Below are positions 39,194-47,375 of a stretch of 64,000 nucleotides of DNA, one piece after another (position 1 is the stretch's first letter; every line of letters begins with the position of its first letter). The stretch is from NCBI GenBank assembly GCA_038884755.1, contig JAWABJ010000001.1, positions 1 through 64,000 on the forward strand. Direction: 5' to 3'. The position numbers and the translations under genes were made by a program. This DNA comes from Candidatus Norongarragalinales archaeon. Its GTDB lineage: Archaea > Micrarchaeota > Micrarchaeia > Norongarragalinales > Norongarragalinaceae. Under the pieces are notes generated by a model that was given only the letters and a program-made list of their open reading frames with translations, was not told where the DNA came from and ran no database searches.

Positions 39194-39210
39194 TTTACTA
39201 CAACTGTAAA
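39194..39210. promoter_or_regulatory. Operator-like palindrome, copy 1
   Basis: TTTACT-ACAAC-TGTAAA beside a minus-strand TTTAAATA, upstream of the cop gene string. Confidence 0.65.
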
Positions 39211-39214
39211 GCTT

Positions 39215-39535
39215 TTAACCCAGTATTTCGCCAAGAGTTTTTCCGGTTGCCTTACGCAGGAATGAAGGTTCAACTTGCCTGAGGCAATCGGCGTATTGCC
39301 CTGGGTGGTGAGACAAGTGCTGTACGTTCGCCTCATCCTTTAAATTCCCGCACTCGTTTCCCAAAGCCTGCGCCTGCGCAGCGAAATACTGTTCGTTGGA
39401 CTGCGTTTCCAAAAGCAGTCCGCGCGAGTCTCGGTCCAACTGGGGTTTTGACGTTGCGGCGAAAGCGCTCCAAGCCAAGACCAGCGTGGAGCCGAAAATC
39501 ACGGCGTAAAGCAGGTATTCGTTTTTCATTTCCAT
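39215..39535 (-). CDS. Membrane-anchored protein with C...HLSHHP...C motif
   Basis: N-terminal TM helix; His/Cys cluster. Confidence 0.7.
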   Translation of the reverse strand: MEMKNEYLLYAVIFGSTLVLAWSAFAATSKPQLDRDSRGLLLETQSNEQYFAAQAQALGNECGNLKDEANVQHLSHHPGQYADCLRQVEPSFLRKATGKTLGEILG

Positions 39536-39563
39536 TTCAAACCATCTCCGTTTTTTTTTTCAA

Positions 39564-40133
39564 TCACTCCAAAAACCTCGCCGCGTAAGCCGCGATTATC
39601 GCAACACTCGCGACGATGCTCGCCTTGAATGCGAAATCGAATTGCGCCGCGCTAAAATGCCTGATTACCGGGTATTTTCCGCCGATGCGAATTTTCTTGA
39701 AAACCCCCAGCATCATGATTATGCCTACGACGTTCGACAACACTCCGATAATCAGGAACAGTTCTTGGTATCGCGATAAAACCGTTGCGAAGGCGGCAAG
39801 CCCCACGAACGGGAGTGCGTCTGTGAAGTGGTGGGCGCAGCACGCGACCATGGCGCCTGTTGACATGCCTCCCGCTGCAGCAACGCCGCCCTTAGCTTTC
39901 GCCAGCGCCGTTTTTTCGGCAATCGATTTTTTGAGCGTGGCGTAGAGGTACGCTTGGGTGGCGAAGCCCATTACGAGCGCAGCAATCCACGGGAAAAGCC
40001 TTTTGAATTCTGCAGCAGCTACGTCCCACGGGTTTGTAGCAAGCATGAGCCCGAAGAATACGGCGAGCAGGAACGAGCCTCCCGCTATTCCAGCCAAAAG
40101 GGGGTGTTTCCACAACGGCGAACACGAAGCCAA
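39564..40133 (-). CDS. Membrane protein with MVACCAHH motif
   Basis: About 5 TM helices; intramembrane CCAHH. Confidence 0.78.
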   Translation of the reverse strand: MASCSPLWKHPLLAGIAGGSFLLAVFFGLMLATNPWDVAAAEFKRLFPWIAALVMGFATQAYLYATLKKSIAEKTALAKAKGGVAAAGGMSTGAMVACCAHHFTDALPFVGLAAFATVLSRYQELFLIIGVLSNVVGIIMMLGVFKKIRIGGKYPVIRHFSAAQFDFAFKASIVASVAIIAAYAARFLE

Positions 40134-40142
40134 GCGATTACC

Positions 40143-40159
40143 TTTACAACTTTTGTAAA
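40143..40159. promoter_or_regulatory. Operator-like palindrome, copy 2
   Basis: TTTACA-ACTTT-TGTAAA between the TATA-like sequence and start of the CCAHH gene. Confidence 0.7.
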
Positions 40160-40205
40160 AGTAATGGCGTGCTTCCGCTTAAATAGTTTTTGCTTTTCTC
40201 GGCGT

Positions 40206-40961
40206 TTAGCAGTCGAGGGAAACCTTGCGTTTTGCGGAATCGAGATGTCGGCAAGTGTCTTGCCTGCTTGCTGCGTAAGAATCGGCTTTGAGCTCCTCTG
40301 TGTCTACGCTGAACCCGAAGCTGCGCACTGCGGCGAAAGGCGAGAATGCCTTCAGGAGTGCGGAAGAGAACTTGAACCACGAAGATGCGTTTTTCACGTG
40401 CGCCAATTCGTGCAAGAGCACCGCCTCGATTTCCTTTTTGTTGAGAGTCTCTTGCATTCCCACACTGACGAAAATGCTGGGATTGAAGAAACCAAGCGTA
40501 AATGCAGAAGGCTTGCCGGAATCGAGTGACCGCAGTTCCGGCGTTTTGGAAAGCTTCAGCCGCCTGGCTTCGTTTTCAACGAACCTGCGCAGGCCCTGCG
40601 GCGCTTTCAAGCTCGTTTGCTTGTAATAACGCGGCAGCATTATGAATCCCGCAATCACGGTTCCGATTATGATAAGAGGCAGCGAATAGAGCAGGAATTG
40701 GGTTATTGTAACCGCGCATGTTATCGAAGCGACTTGGCAGGAAATGGACAATGCAAGGAAAACAAGCGGCGCGAACAGGAACGCCAAATGCAAATACACC
40801 AGCGAAATGCGCTGCTTGTGCGAGAGTGTTTTGTCGTTGAGTTTTAGGAACAATAGAAGCGCTAGTGCAAGCGAGGTTATCGAGAGGGTTACGTTGACGG
40901 GATTAGCGAAAAAACCTGCTACGACGTCAGCCAAATGCTCCAGCATCAGGTCTTCAAACAT
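40206..40961 (-). CDS. BlaR1-like M56/M48 membrane zinc protease with no penicillin-binding sensor domain
   Basis: TM helices, AFTLG..NP.IFVS.G, HELAH, E..AD. Confidence 0.88.
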   Translation of the reverse strand: MFEDLMLEHLADVVAGFFANPVNVTLSITSLALALLLFLKLNDKTLSHKQRISLVYLHLAFLFAPLVFLALSISCQVASITCAVTITQFLLYSLPLIIIGTVIAGFIMLPRYYKQTSLKAPQGLRRFVENEARRLKLSKTPELRSLDSGKPSAFTLGFFNPSIFVSVGMQETLNKKEIEAVLLHELAHVKNASSWFKFSSALLKAFSPFAAVRSFGFSVDTEELKADSYAASRQDTCRHLDSAKRKVSLDC

Positions 40962-40971
40962 TCAACCACAA

Positions 40972-41349
40972 TTACTTCTTGAAGCGCTCGTTAAAATAGC
41001 TTACAGCAGTGCTTCCGAAGCCCTCTATAAGCTTGTTGACTGCGTTTTCCAAAACCGAGTATTCCAGGTCTTTCTTCGAGGCTTTCGCGCTGTAAACGTA
41101 ATACTGCCCGCCTCTGCCGTAAAGCGCTTTGCGTGTAACCAGCTTTTTGTCGTGCAGCCTGTCGAGAATGACTGCCACGCTGGTCAAGGCGCTTTTGCTT
41201 TTCAGCTTTTTGTGAATATCGCGCACGGTCGCTTCGCGACATCTGCACAGCACTTCCAAAACCTCGCTTTCGAGCGGGCTGAGCAAAGCGTTCAATCCCT
41301 TGGTTTTCGATCCCAGCTTTTCAAAACGTAGGCCCTTCACGTCTACCAT
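40972..41349 (-). CDS. BlaI/MecI/CopY-family transcriptional repressor
   Basis: LSPLESEVLEVL, ATVRDI, TSV..ILDRL..K.LV.R, Y.Y. Confidence 0.9.
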   Translation of the reverse strand: MVDVKGLRFEKLGSKTKGLNALLSPLESEVLEVLCRCREATVRDIHKKLKSKSALTSVAVILDRLHDKKLVTRKALYGRGGQYYVYSAKASKKDLEYSVLENAVNKLIEGFGSTAVSYFNERFKK

Positions 41350-41381
41350 AGAATGAAAATGCCACTTGCCTTATTTAAAGC

Positions 41382-41398
41382 TTTACAACAAATGCAAA
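41382..41398. promoter_or_regulatory. Operator-like palindrome, copy 3
   Basis: TTTACA-ACAAA-TGCAAA between the two divergent TATA-like sequences. Confidence 0.65.
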
Positions 41399-41437
41399 GG
41401 TTTATTAAACACCTGCGACACGAAACTTTCGTAAAGT

Positions 41438-41454
41438 TTTACAAATGTTGTAAA
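41438..41454. promoter_or_regulatory. Operator-like palindrome, copy 4
   Basis: TTTACA-AATGT-TGTAAA immediately before the first MVGGC gene. Confidence 0.7.
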
Positions 41455-41455
41455 G

Positions 41456-42223
41456 GTGGTTGTTTTGAGCGAGCACGAACGAAAGGCGCAGGACTTTTCC
41501 ATGCCCGTTTACGCGGCGATGGCGTTGTTGGTGCTGGTCTTGGCTTTCAACCAATATCAGCTTTCCACGCTTTCAAACCAGATATTGCTTTATTCAGCGC
41601 CGGCTTTGGGCGCAGGCGGCAGCGTCGGGCAGCAGCCCGCTTCTGGCGCAACCTCTGGTGCAAGCTTGCAGGCGGTTGTTGACCGCGTGATTCCCAAGGG
41701 AGTGCCGGACGTTTACGGTTCAGAGTTGGGTGTGAGTTACGACAAGCCCGTGGAAAGCCTGACGATTCTGGGAAAGCTTGACGGCGACTTGTATCCTGAC
41801 GGCACCCTCAAGTTTGCGGATTTGGATTCTGACGCGCAGCAGAGGTACGTTGCGCTGGGGAAAATGATTGCTTGCGAGTACTGTTGCGGTGCGACCGAAC
41901 TGGTTTTTTCTAACGGCCAGCCGGCTTGCGGCTGCCAGCACTCTGCAGCCATGCGCGGGCTTGCAAAGTATTTGCTTTTGAAACACCCCGACTTAGAAGA
42001 CAGTGCGATTCTTGAGGAGATGGCCAAGTGGAAGATACTGTTCTTCCCCAAGCAGCACATTTCGAAAGCGGTTTCCTTCGCTTCGTCCGGGATGGATTCG
42101 AACATAAACCCGACTGATTTGGCTTCCAACGAATTCCGGGGCTTCAAGGCCTCGTCTTCATCGCAGTCTCAGTCTTCATCCCAAAACATCGCAAACGCGC
42201 CCGACATGGTCGGAGGTTGCTGA
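41456..42223 (+). CDS. Membrane-anchored Cys-rich protein (CEYCC, CGCQH) ending in MVGGC
   Basis: TM helix, low-complexity linker, Cys/His cluster, tail ANAPDMVGGC; start uncertain. Confidence 0.8.
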   Translation: MVVLSEHERKAQDFSMPVYAAMALLVLVLAFNQYQLSTLSNQILLYSAPALGAGGSVGQQPASGATSGASLQAVVDRVIPKGVPDVYGSELGVSYDKPVESLTILGKLDGDLYPDGTLKFADLDSDAQQRYVALGKMIACEYCCGATELVFSNGQPACGCQHSAAMRGLAKYLLLKHPDLEDSAILEEMAKWKILFFPKQHISKAVSFASSGMDSNINPTDLASNEFRGFKASSSSQSQSSSQNIANAPDMVGGC

Positions 42224-42317
42224 AATGTACGGAAAAAAGAAAAAGAAAGGCGGCTGTTGCTGATGGTTTTTTCTAAAAAGAAAAATCAAGTGAAGAAAAA
42301 ACAATGGAGGTGTTGCA

Positions 42318-42536
42318 ATGAACCAGCAGTTGGTTTTCGGAGTTTTGATAGGCGTTTTGGTAGTAGTGAGCGCGTTCCAAGCTGTGCAACTTTCGCAATT
42401 GAACGCGCAAGTGCAGTCCGGAATCGCGAAAAATTCTTTTGAACCCCGATCAGGCGGGAGCGCGCAACAATCCGGCGGAGACGTTCAGTTGCCCGCAGGA
42501 CTCGCCAACGCTCCAAACATGGTGGGCGGTTGCTGA
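42318..42536 (+). CDS. Small membrane-anchored protein ending in MVGGC
   Basis: GGAGGTG SD; TM helix; tail ANAPNMVGGC. Confidence 0.8.
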   Translation: MNQQLVFGVLIGVLVVVSAFQAVQLSQLNAQVQSGIAKNSFEPRSGGSAQQSGGDVQLPAGLANAPNMVGGC

Positions 42537-42585
42537 AGAAAATCCGCCCCCCCTCTTCACTCCCCAGTAAGGCCGCGTGTTGTTA

Positions 42586-43197
42586 ATGAAAATTTTGTTG
42601 TCTGCATTGTTTGCCTTGGTTGCGTTGGCCGTTTTAGGCAGTAGTCTTATTTCCGCCTACTCCCCGCAAAACGCCGTGATTTACAAGAACGAGGCTTGCG
42701 GTCACTGCTCTTCTTACATTTTGAGCCTATACAAATTCCTGGAATCTGCAGGAGTTAAGCAAATCGAAGTCAAGGATTTTTTGGGTGACGTACAGGCGCG
42801 GAGAGAGGTTGCAGAACTGCAAGAGCGTTTTGCAGTGCCTTTTGAAATGCAAGGGCACTTGCTTACAATCGTGGACGGAAAGTACTTGTTTGAAGGGCAC
42901 TTTCCCCTAGACGTGATGGACAAGTTTTTGCGCGAGGAAGCGCAGGACTATTCTTCGCTCGTGGTAACGCAGGATTCTATGGAGAAAGTAAGTTCTTACT
43001 TCCACCTCAAGGACGGAAATGTTTTGGAATGTCCAATAGCCCAACCCATCTCGGAATGCTCGCACAACAGACGACAGTCGCAATCGGGAGGATGGGATTT
43101 GCTTAAAGTGCGTGTTGGCGCCAACGCCGCTGTCTTGGGTTTGCTTGCTTTAGCGTTGGTGTTTCTGGTTTTGGTTTACGCGAAAGTGATAAAATGA
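42586..43197 (+). CDS. Exported thioredoxin-fold metal-binding protein (DUF411-like) with C-terminal TM
   Basis: YKNEACGHC, GH...VDGKY.FEGHFP. Confidence 0.75.
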   Translation: MKILLSALFALVALAVLGSSLISAYSPQNAVIYKNEACGHCSSYILSLYKFLESAGVKQIEVKDFLGDVQARREVAELQERFAVPFEMQGHLLTIVDGKYLFEGHFPLDVMDKFLREEAQDYSSLVVTQDSMEKVSSYFHLKDGNVLECPIAQPISECSHNRRQSQSGGWDLLKVRVGANAAVLGLLALALVFLVLVYAKVIK

Positions 43198-43868
43198 CCC
43201 TTGAATCCCTCCTTCCGCTCGTGGCAGTTTCAGGAGTAATTGATGGCTTGCACCCGTGCGGCTTTGCAGTGCTATTGTTTTTCATCGCGTTCCTTCTTTC
43301 GCTGGAGCACAAGCGCAAAAGCATTCTGCTCATGGGCGCCGCGTTCATTTTCGGGGTTTTCATCACTTATCTCTTGATAGGCTTGGGGATTTTGAAAGTC
43401 TTCACTTTCTTCACCCCGCACTTTATATCAAAAGTTGGCGCGCTGCTGGCAATACTAGTCGGATTAATCGACATTAAGGATGCGTTTGCAGGTACGAATA
43501 CCCTCACTATCCCTAAGTTTGCTTCTCCTCACATAAACAAGACAATTGAGAAAGCAACCATTCCCGCCGCGCTTGTCGCAGGATTGCTTGTAGGATTATG
43601 CGCGTTCCCGTGCGCAGGCGGGATTTATGTTGCGGTGTTGGGACTGTTGAACGCGCAGGCTACGGCGTTGGATGGCTTTGCGCTGCTTGTGCTTTACAAC
43701 CTGATGTTCGTCTTGCCTCTAGCGCTCGTCCTACTTTTCGCTTCAAACGCGAGCGTGATAGACGGGATAGAACGGTTCCAGCATAGGCACAAGAAGGCAT
43801 ACAAGCTTGCATTGGGGACGATAATGATCTTATTCGGGCTGCTGATTTTGTACGGCGGCTTCATGTAG
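43194..43868 (+). CDS. CcdA/DsbD-family transmembrane electron transporter
   Basis: DGLHPC and CAFPCAGGIY; YNLMFVLPL; overlaps the previous stop. Confidence 0.85.
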   Translation: MTLESLLPLVAVSGVIDGLHPCGFAVLLFFIAFLLSLEHKRKSILLMGAAFIFGVFITYLLIGLGILKVFTFFTPHFISKVGALLAILVGLIDIKDAFAGTNTLTIPKFASPHINKTIEKATIPAALVAGLLVGLCAFPCAGGIYVAVLGLLNAQATALDGFALLVLYNLMFVLPLALVLLFASNASVIDGIERFQHRHKKAYKLALGTIMILFGLLILYGGFM

Positions 43869-43896
43869 AAGGAGGAACCAATGTTCCTCCTTTCTA
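43866..43896 (+). terminator. Stem-loop right after the CcdA-like gene
   Basis: AAGGAGGAAC-CAAT-GTTCCTCCTT. Confidence 0.4.
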
Positions 43897-43925
43897 AACC
43901 TCTTCCTTAGGTGGGGGTGAATGGA

Positions 43926-44036
43926 ATGATTTGCAAGAAGTGCAAGAGGGTTTTTTACGACTGCTGCGGAATAAGCCCGGTCTGCGAAAAGTGCGCTAAG
44001 GGAATGAGCAAGTCGGAAATAGTCACGCTTCTCTAA
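43926..44036 (+). CDS. 36-aa Cys-rich micro-protein (absent from ORF track)
   Basis: MICKKCKRVFYDCCGISPVCEKCAKGMSKSEIVTLL; GGGGTGA SD 5 nt upstream. Confidence 0.6.
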   Translation: MICKKCKRVFYDCCGISPVCEKCAKGMSKSEIVTLL

Positions 44037-44105
44037 ACGACGAGCAGTTCAAAAGCGCTTTAAACTTGAGCCTTCTTTTTAGTTTTGTGGGGAGGAGTTG
44101 GTAGA

Positions 44106-44858
44106 ATGTCTAGGCTTAGCGGTAAGGTTGCCGTGGTTACGGGAGGAAGCAAGGGCATCGGCGAAGGTATAGCCCGCGTTTTCGCGAAGGAAGGCGCGAA
44201 AGTCTGCATTGCGGACGTAGATTTTTCTAACGCGAAGAAAGTCGCGTCCTCCATAGGCGCGAATGCGCTTGCAGTAGCGTGCGACGTTTCAAAAATGGCA
44301 GACGCGAAAGAGGCCGTCGCGGCGACGGTCAAAAAATTCGGCAAGCTGGATGTTCTAGTGAACAACGCCGGAATATACCCTTTCAAAAACTTTCTCGATT
44401 ATTCCGACGGCGAAGACGATTGGGAAAAGACCATGGCTGTAAACCTCGACGGCGTGAAAAACTGCACGTTGGTTGCGGCTAGGCAGATGAAAAAGCAAGG
44501 CAGAGGGGGGCGGATAATAACCATTTCCAGCATCGCCGGGTTGAAAGGATATCGAGGTCTGGTTCACTATTGCGCAACCAAAGCGGGAGTGCTTGGGTTC
44601 ACGCGGGCGTTGGCTTTGGAACTGGCGCCTTTGAAAATCAACGTTAATGCAGTCTGTCCCGGGCTTATCGACACGCCGGGAGTGAGAGCTTTGGGGATGA
44701 CCAATGAAGTTGTTAACGCAACAGCCAAAGCCATTCCAGTGCAGCGCCCGGGAAAACCCGACGATATAGCGTGGGCGTGTGTGTATTTGGCGAGCGAGGA
44801 AAGCAGTTTCGTCACCGGTCAGGCGATAGTCGTGGACGGCGGCGATGTTGTAAAATAA
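44106..44858 (+). CDS. Short-chain dehydrogenase/reductase (FabG-like)
   Basis: TGGSKGIG, NNAG, YCATK, NAVCPG. Confidence 0.93.
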   Translation: MSRLSGKVAVVTGGSKGIGEGIARVFAKEGAKVCIADVDFSNAKKVASSIGANALAVACDVSKMADAKEAVAATVKKFGKLDVLVNNAGIYPFKNFLDYSDGEDDWEKTMAVNLDGVKNCTLVAARQMKKQGRGGRIITISSIAGLKGYRGLVHYCATKAGVLGFTRALALELAPLKINVNAVCPGLIDTPGVRALGMTNEVVNATAKAIPVQRPGKPDDIAWACVYLASEESSFVTGQAIVVDGGDVVK

Positions 44859-44877
44859 AAAGAAGGAGGAGTGTAAA

Positions 44878-45105
44878 ATGGAATTTTCGAAAGCGATGGC
44901 GTTGAGGTGCACGCTGGTTTTGGGAGTTGCGGGAATGTTGTTTTCCGGTTATTTGAGCTTTGGGGAGCTTTTCGGAGTGGGCGCGGGCGGCTCTTGCCCC
45001 GCCGCGTCTGCGGCGATTTTGGGCGTTCCCACCTGCGTGTACGGCTTCGTGATGTACGCCATAATCACGATAGTTTCCTTGGCAGGACTGACCGCGAGAG
45101 AGTGA
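44878..45105 (+). CDS. Small two-TM protein resembling half of VKOR
   Basis: GAGGAG SD; SGYLS..GSC...ILGVPTCVYG. Confidence 0.65.
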   Translation: MEFSKAMALRCTLVLGVAGMLFSGYLSFGELFGVGAGGSCPAASAAILGVPTCVYGFVMYAIITIVSLAGLTARE

Positions 45106-45148
45106 ATCTGAAGCAAGGGCTATTAATTCGCGGTGCGCATTTTCTTGC

Positions 45149-46183
45149 ATGAAACTGGTTTATCGCGAAGAGGAAAAGCTGAAGCTCGTCCCGCAGTCCC
45201 TAGAGGACTTGTGGTACTTGACGAAAGTGGTTAGCGCAGGCGATGTCGTTGAAGGGTATTCCTTCCGCAGTTTCAAGGCAGAAGGCAGGAACAGGCCTGT
45301 TACTGCCGAGAAAAAGAAGGTAAAACTTGAACTGCGTTTAGACAACGTGGAGTTTGCCGAGAGCGTGAACAAGCTTCGTTTGACTGGCGTGATACTTTCA
45401 GGAAGCCCGGAGGAGTACGTTTCTTTCGGCGAGCACCATACGCTTGACGTTGAGTTGGGCGAAAGCTTCGTTTTGAAAAAACGCTTGAGCACGCTCGAGG
45501 AAAGTTTTTTACAGGAGGCATTGAAGCGCACTGCAAGAACGAAAATAACGGTCGTGGTGATGGACGAGCATTCCGCTCGACTGGCACGCATAGACGCGCG
45601 GGGCGTCAAGTTTTCAGCGGAAATTGACAACAAGGCAAACAAGCGCGATCCAAAGAACTTCGATTCCCTGCAGGCTTCGTTTTTCCTGGAACTGGCGAAA
45701 GCGATAGAAAACGAGGATACCGTTGTAATCGCCGGCCCGGGTTTTGCACGCGACAATTTCAAGAAGTTTTTGGAAGGGAAAAAACCCGAATTGCTGAAGA
45801 AAGCGCATTTCGAGCACTGCTCCACGGCAGAGCAAAGCGGGGTGTTTGAGTTGCTGAAAAACAGGGTTTTGGACAAGGTCATGAAAAACCAGCGCATTGC
45901 AATGGAATTTGCCTTGCTTGAAGAGTTGAAGATGCATATCTCCAAAAACGACGGGTTGGTGGAATACGGGGTGGAGAACGTAAACCAGGCGGTGGATTAC
46001 AATGCAGTAGAAAAAGTAATGGTTTTGGATGAATTGGTGCGAAAAGACGCGAAAGCCAACGCGCTTGTGGAAAAGGCGAGGGAAAAAGGGGCGGAAATGG
46101 TGATTTTCGATTCGAACGACAACGCAGGGCGAGAGTTCGAGGCTTTTAAGATAGCGGCTTTGCTGCGCTTTAAAATACGTTAG
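45149..46183 (+). CDS. pelA: Pelota (Dom34) ribosome rescue factor
   Basis: PQSLEDLWYL, LRLTG.I, G.HHTL, AGPGF, YG...V..A, ALLRF. Confidence 0.95.
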   Translation: MKLVYREEEKLKLVPQSLEDLWYLTKVVSAGDVVEGYSFRSFKAEGRNRPVTAEKKKVKLELRLDNVEFAESVNKLRLTGVILSGSPEEYVSFGEHHTLDVELGESFVLKKRLSTLEESFLQEALKRTARTKITVVVMDEHSARLARIDARGVKFSAEIDNKANKRDPKNFDSLQASFFLELAKAIENEDTVVIAGPGFARDNFKKFLEGKKPELLKKAHFEHCSTAEQSGVFELLKNRVLDKVMKNQRIAMEFALLEELKMHISKNDGLVEYGVENVNQAVDYNAVEKVMVLDELVRKDAKANALVEKAREKGAEMVIFDSNDNAGREFEAFKIAALLRFKIR

Positions 46184-46185
46184 AA

Positions 46186-46374
46186 CTAGATTATGAATTC
46201 GTGGTCTTCACTCCTGGCTTCTCGCCTCGGGGTGGTGTGGTGGTGGAAAACCGCGATTATTACCGCTGTCAATGCTATCAAGACGATGTTTGCCGTAAGC
46301 AGGCTGAAGCCGAAAATCACGGCCAAGCCGAAAACTTCCACGCTTTCTACGTTCCACGGGTTCGCATATTCCAT
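46186..46374 (-). CDS. Small membrane protein
   Basis: Hydrophobic hairpin with HHH tail; SD-like GGAG upstream. Confidence 0.5.
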   Translation of the reverse strand: MEYANPWNVESVEVFGLAVIFGFSLLTANIVLIALTAVIIAVFHHHTTPRREARSEDHEFII

Positions 46375-46686
46375 TTTTCTCCAACCTCCTTGGGGCGTTG
46401 GTTGGAGAAGAGGCGCCTCCTTGGGGTTACGTGTTTTTTATAAATATCAAGGCGCCCTTCCCACGCTTTTTTCCGTCTTCTTTTTTCGCCACCTCCTATG
46501 AAACGTTCAAACGCCGCATATTTATATATTTTTCCTTTTACCGAATTTCTGTATAAAATTATACTTATGCTGATATTTTATAATTTTTTGTATTTTTTAC
46601 GCTATCCCATCAGATTTTTATAGTGGGTTTTGCATAGTGTTGTTGGTGGCTGTTGTTTTTAGCTGTTAGCACGGAGAGGAACTGCT

Positions 46687-47373
46687 TTGGATTATTCTGT
46701 TTCAGACGCTGTTTCGGAAGTGCTTTCGGAAATGCATTTTCTCCGCTTTTCGCTGCAGGAAGATTTGCTTAACTACTCCGCTTTGGCGCGTTTCCTCCAG
46801 CCTTTCGTGGAGGCGAAAGTGGGCGGGGAGGCTGGTCAGGATGCCATAGTCCTTGCAGTAAAGAAATACCGCGAGTCTTTGCCCAAGGACGCTTTTCACG
46901 TGTTCAAAATCCTGGCGCAAACGAAAATTTTCCTTAGGACGGGAATGAGTTTGATTCACTTTTCTCGCACGTACGCGTTGCACAAGAAGCTCATTGACTT
47001 CCAGCACAACATAGACTGGGCTTCGGGTGAGAAGATGTACCTGCTGCAGCGGAGCGAGGAGATTTCGGTCGTTGCGCTTTCGAAATACGAGCGGGATTTG
47101 CTGGCGTTAGGAAAGGGACAGGTTTTGAAGGATTATTCCAACCTGGCGCTCGTGACCGTGCACCTTCCGAAAGAACAGTTCGATTCTTTCGGAGTGCTGG
47201 AGTACCTGGCGAGGCAGTTCAGCGACTTGGGCGTGAGCATAAAAGAGGTTTTTTCTTCGCACGACAAGGTTTCCTTCCTTTTCGAGGGAAGCAAGGCTTC
47301 GCAAGTGTATGAAAAGCTGAGCAACGCGGTCAAGGCGAGCCGCGAGTTCGTTGCCGAAAAGGCGAAAGGCTGA
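46687..47373 (+). CDS. Archaeal ACT-domain regulatory protein
   Basis: LLNYSALAR N-domain; C-terminal ACT-like G.L.YL...F...GVSI.EVFS. Confidence 0.8.
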   Translation: MDYSVSDAVSEVLSEMHFLRFSLQEDLLNYSALARFLQPFVEAKVGGEAGQDAIVLAVKKYRESLPKDAFHVFKILAQTKIFLRTGMSLIHFSRTYALHKKLIDFQHNIDWASGEKMYLLQRSEEISVVALSKYERDLLALGKGQVLKDYSNLALVTVHLPKEQFDSFGVLEYLARQFSDLGVSIKEVFSSHDKVSFLFEGSKASQVYEKLSNAVKASREFVAEKAKG

Positions 47374-47375
47374 AT

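Noticed and set aside
40206..41349. Beta-lactam resistance module
   Set aside because: No penicillin-binding sensor domain or beta-lactamase; archaeal host; context is copper/redox
29240..45105. Integrated mobile element carrying the metal cluster
   Set aside because: No integrase, transposase, flanking direct repeats or tRNA target site seen
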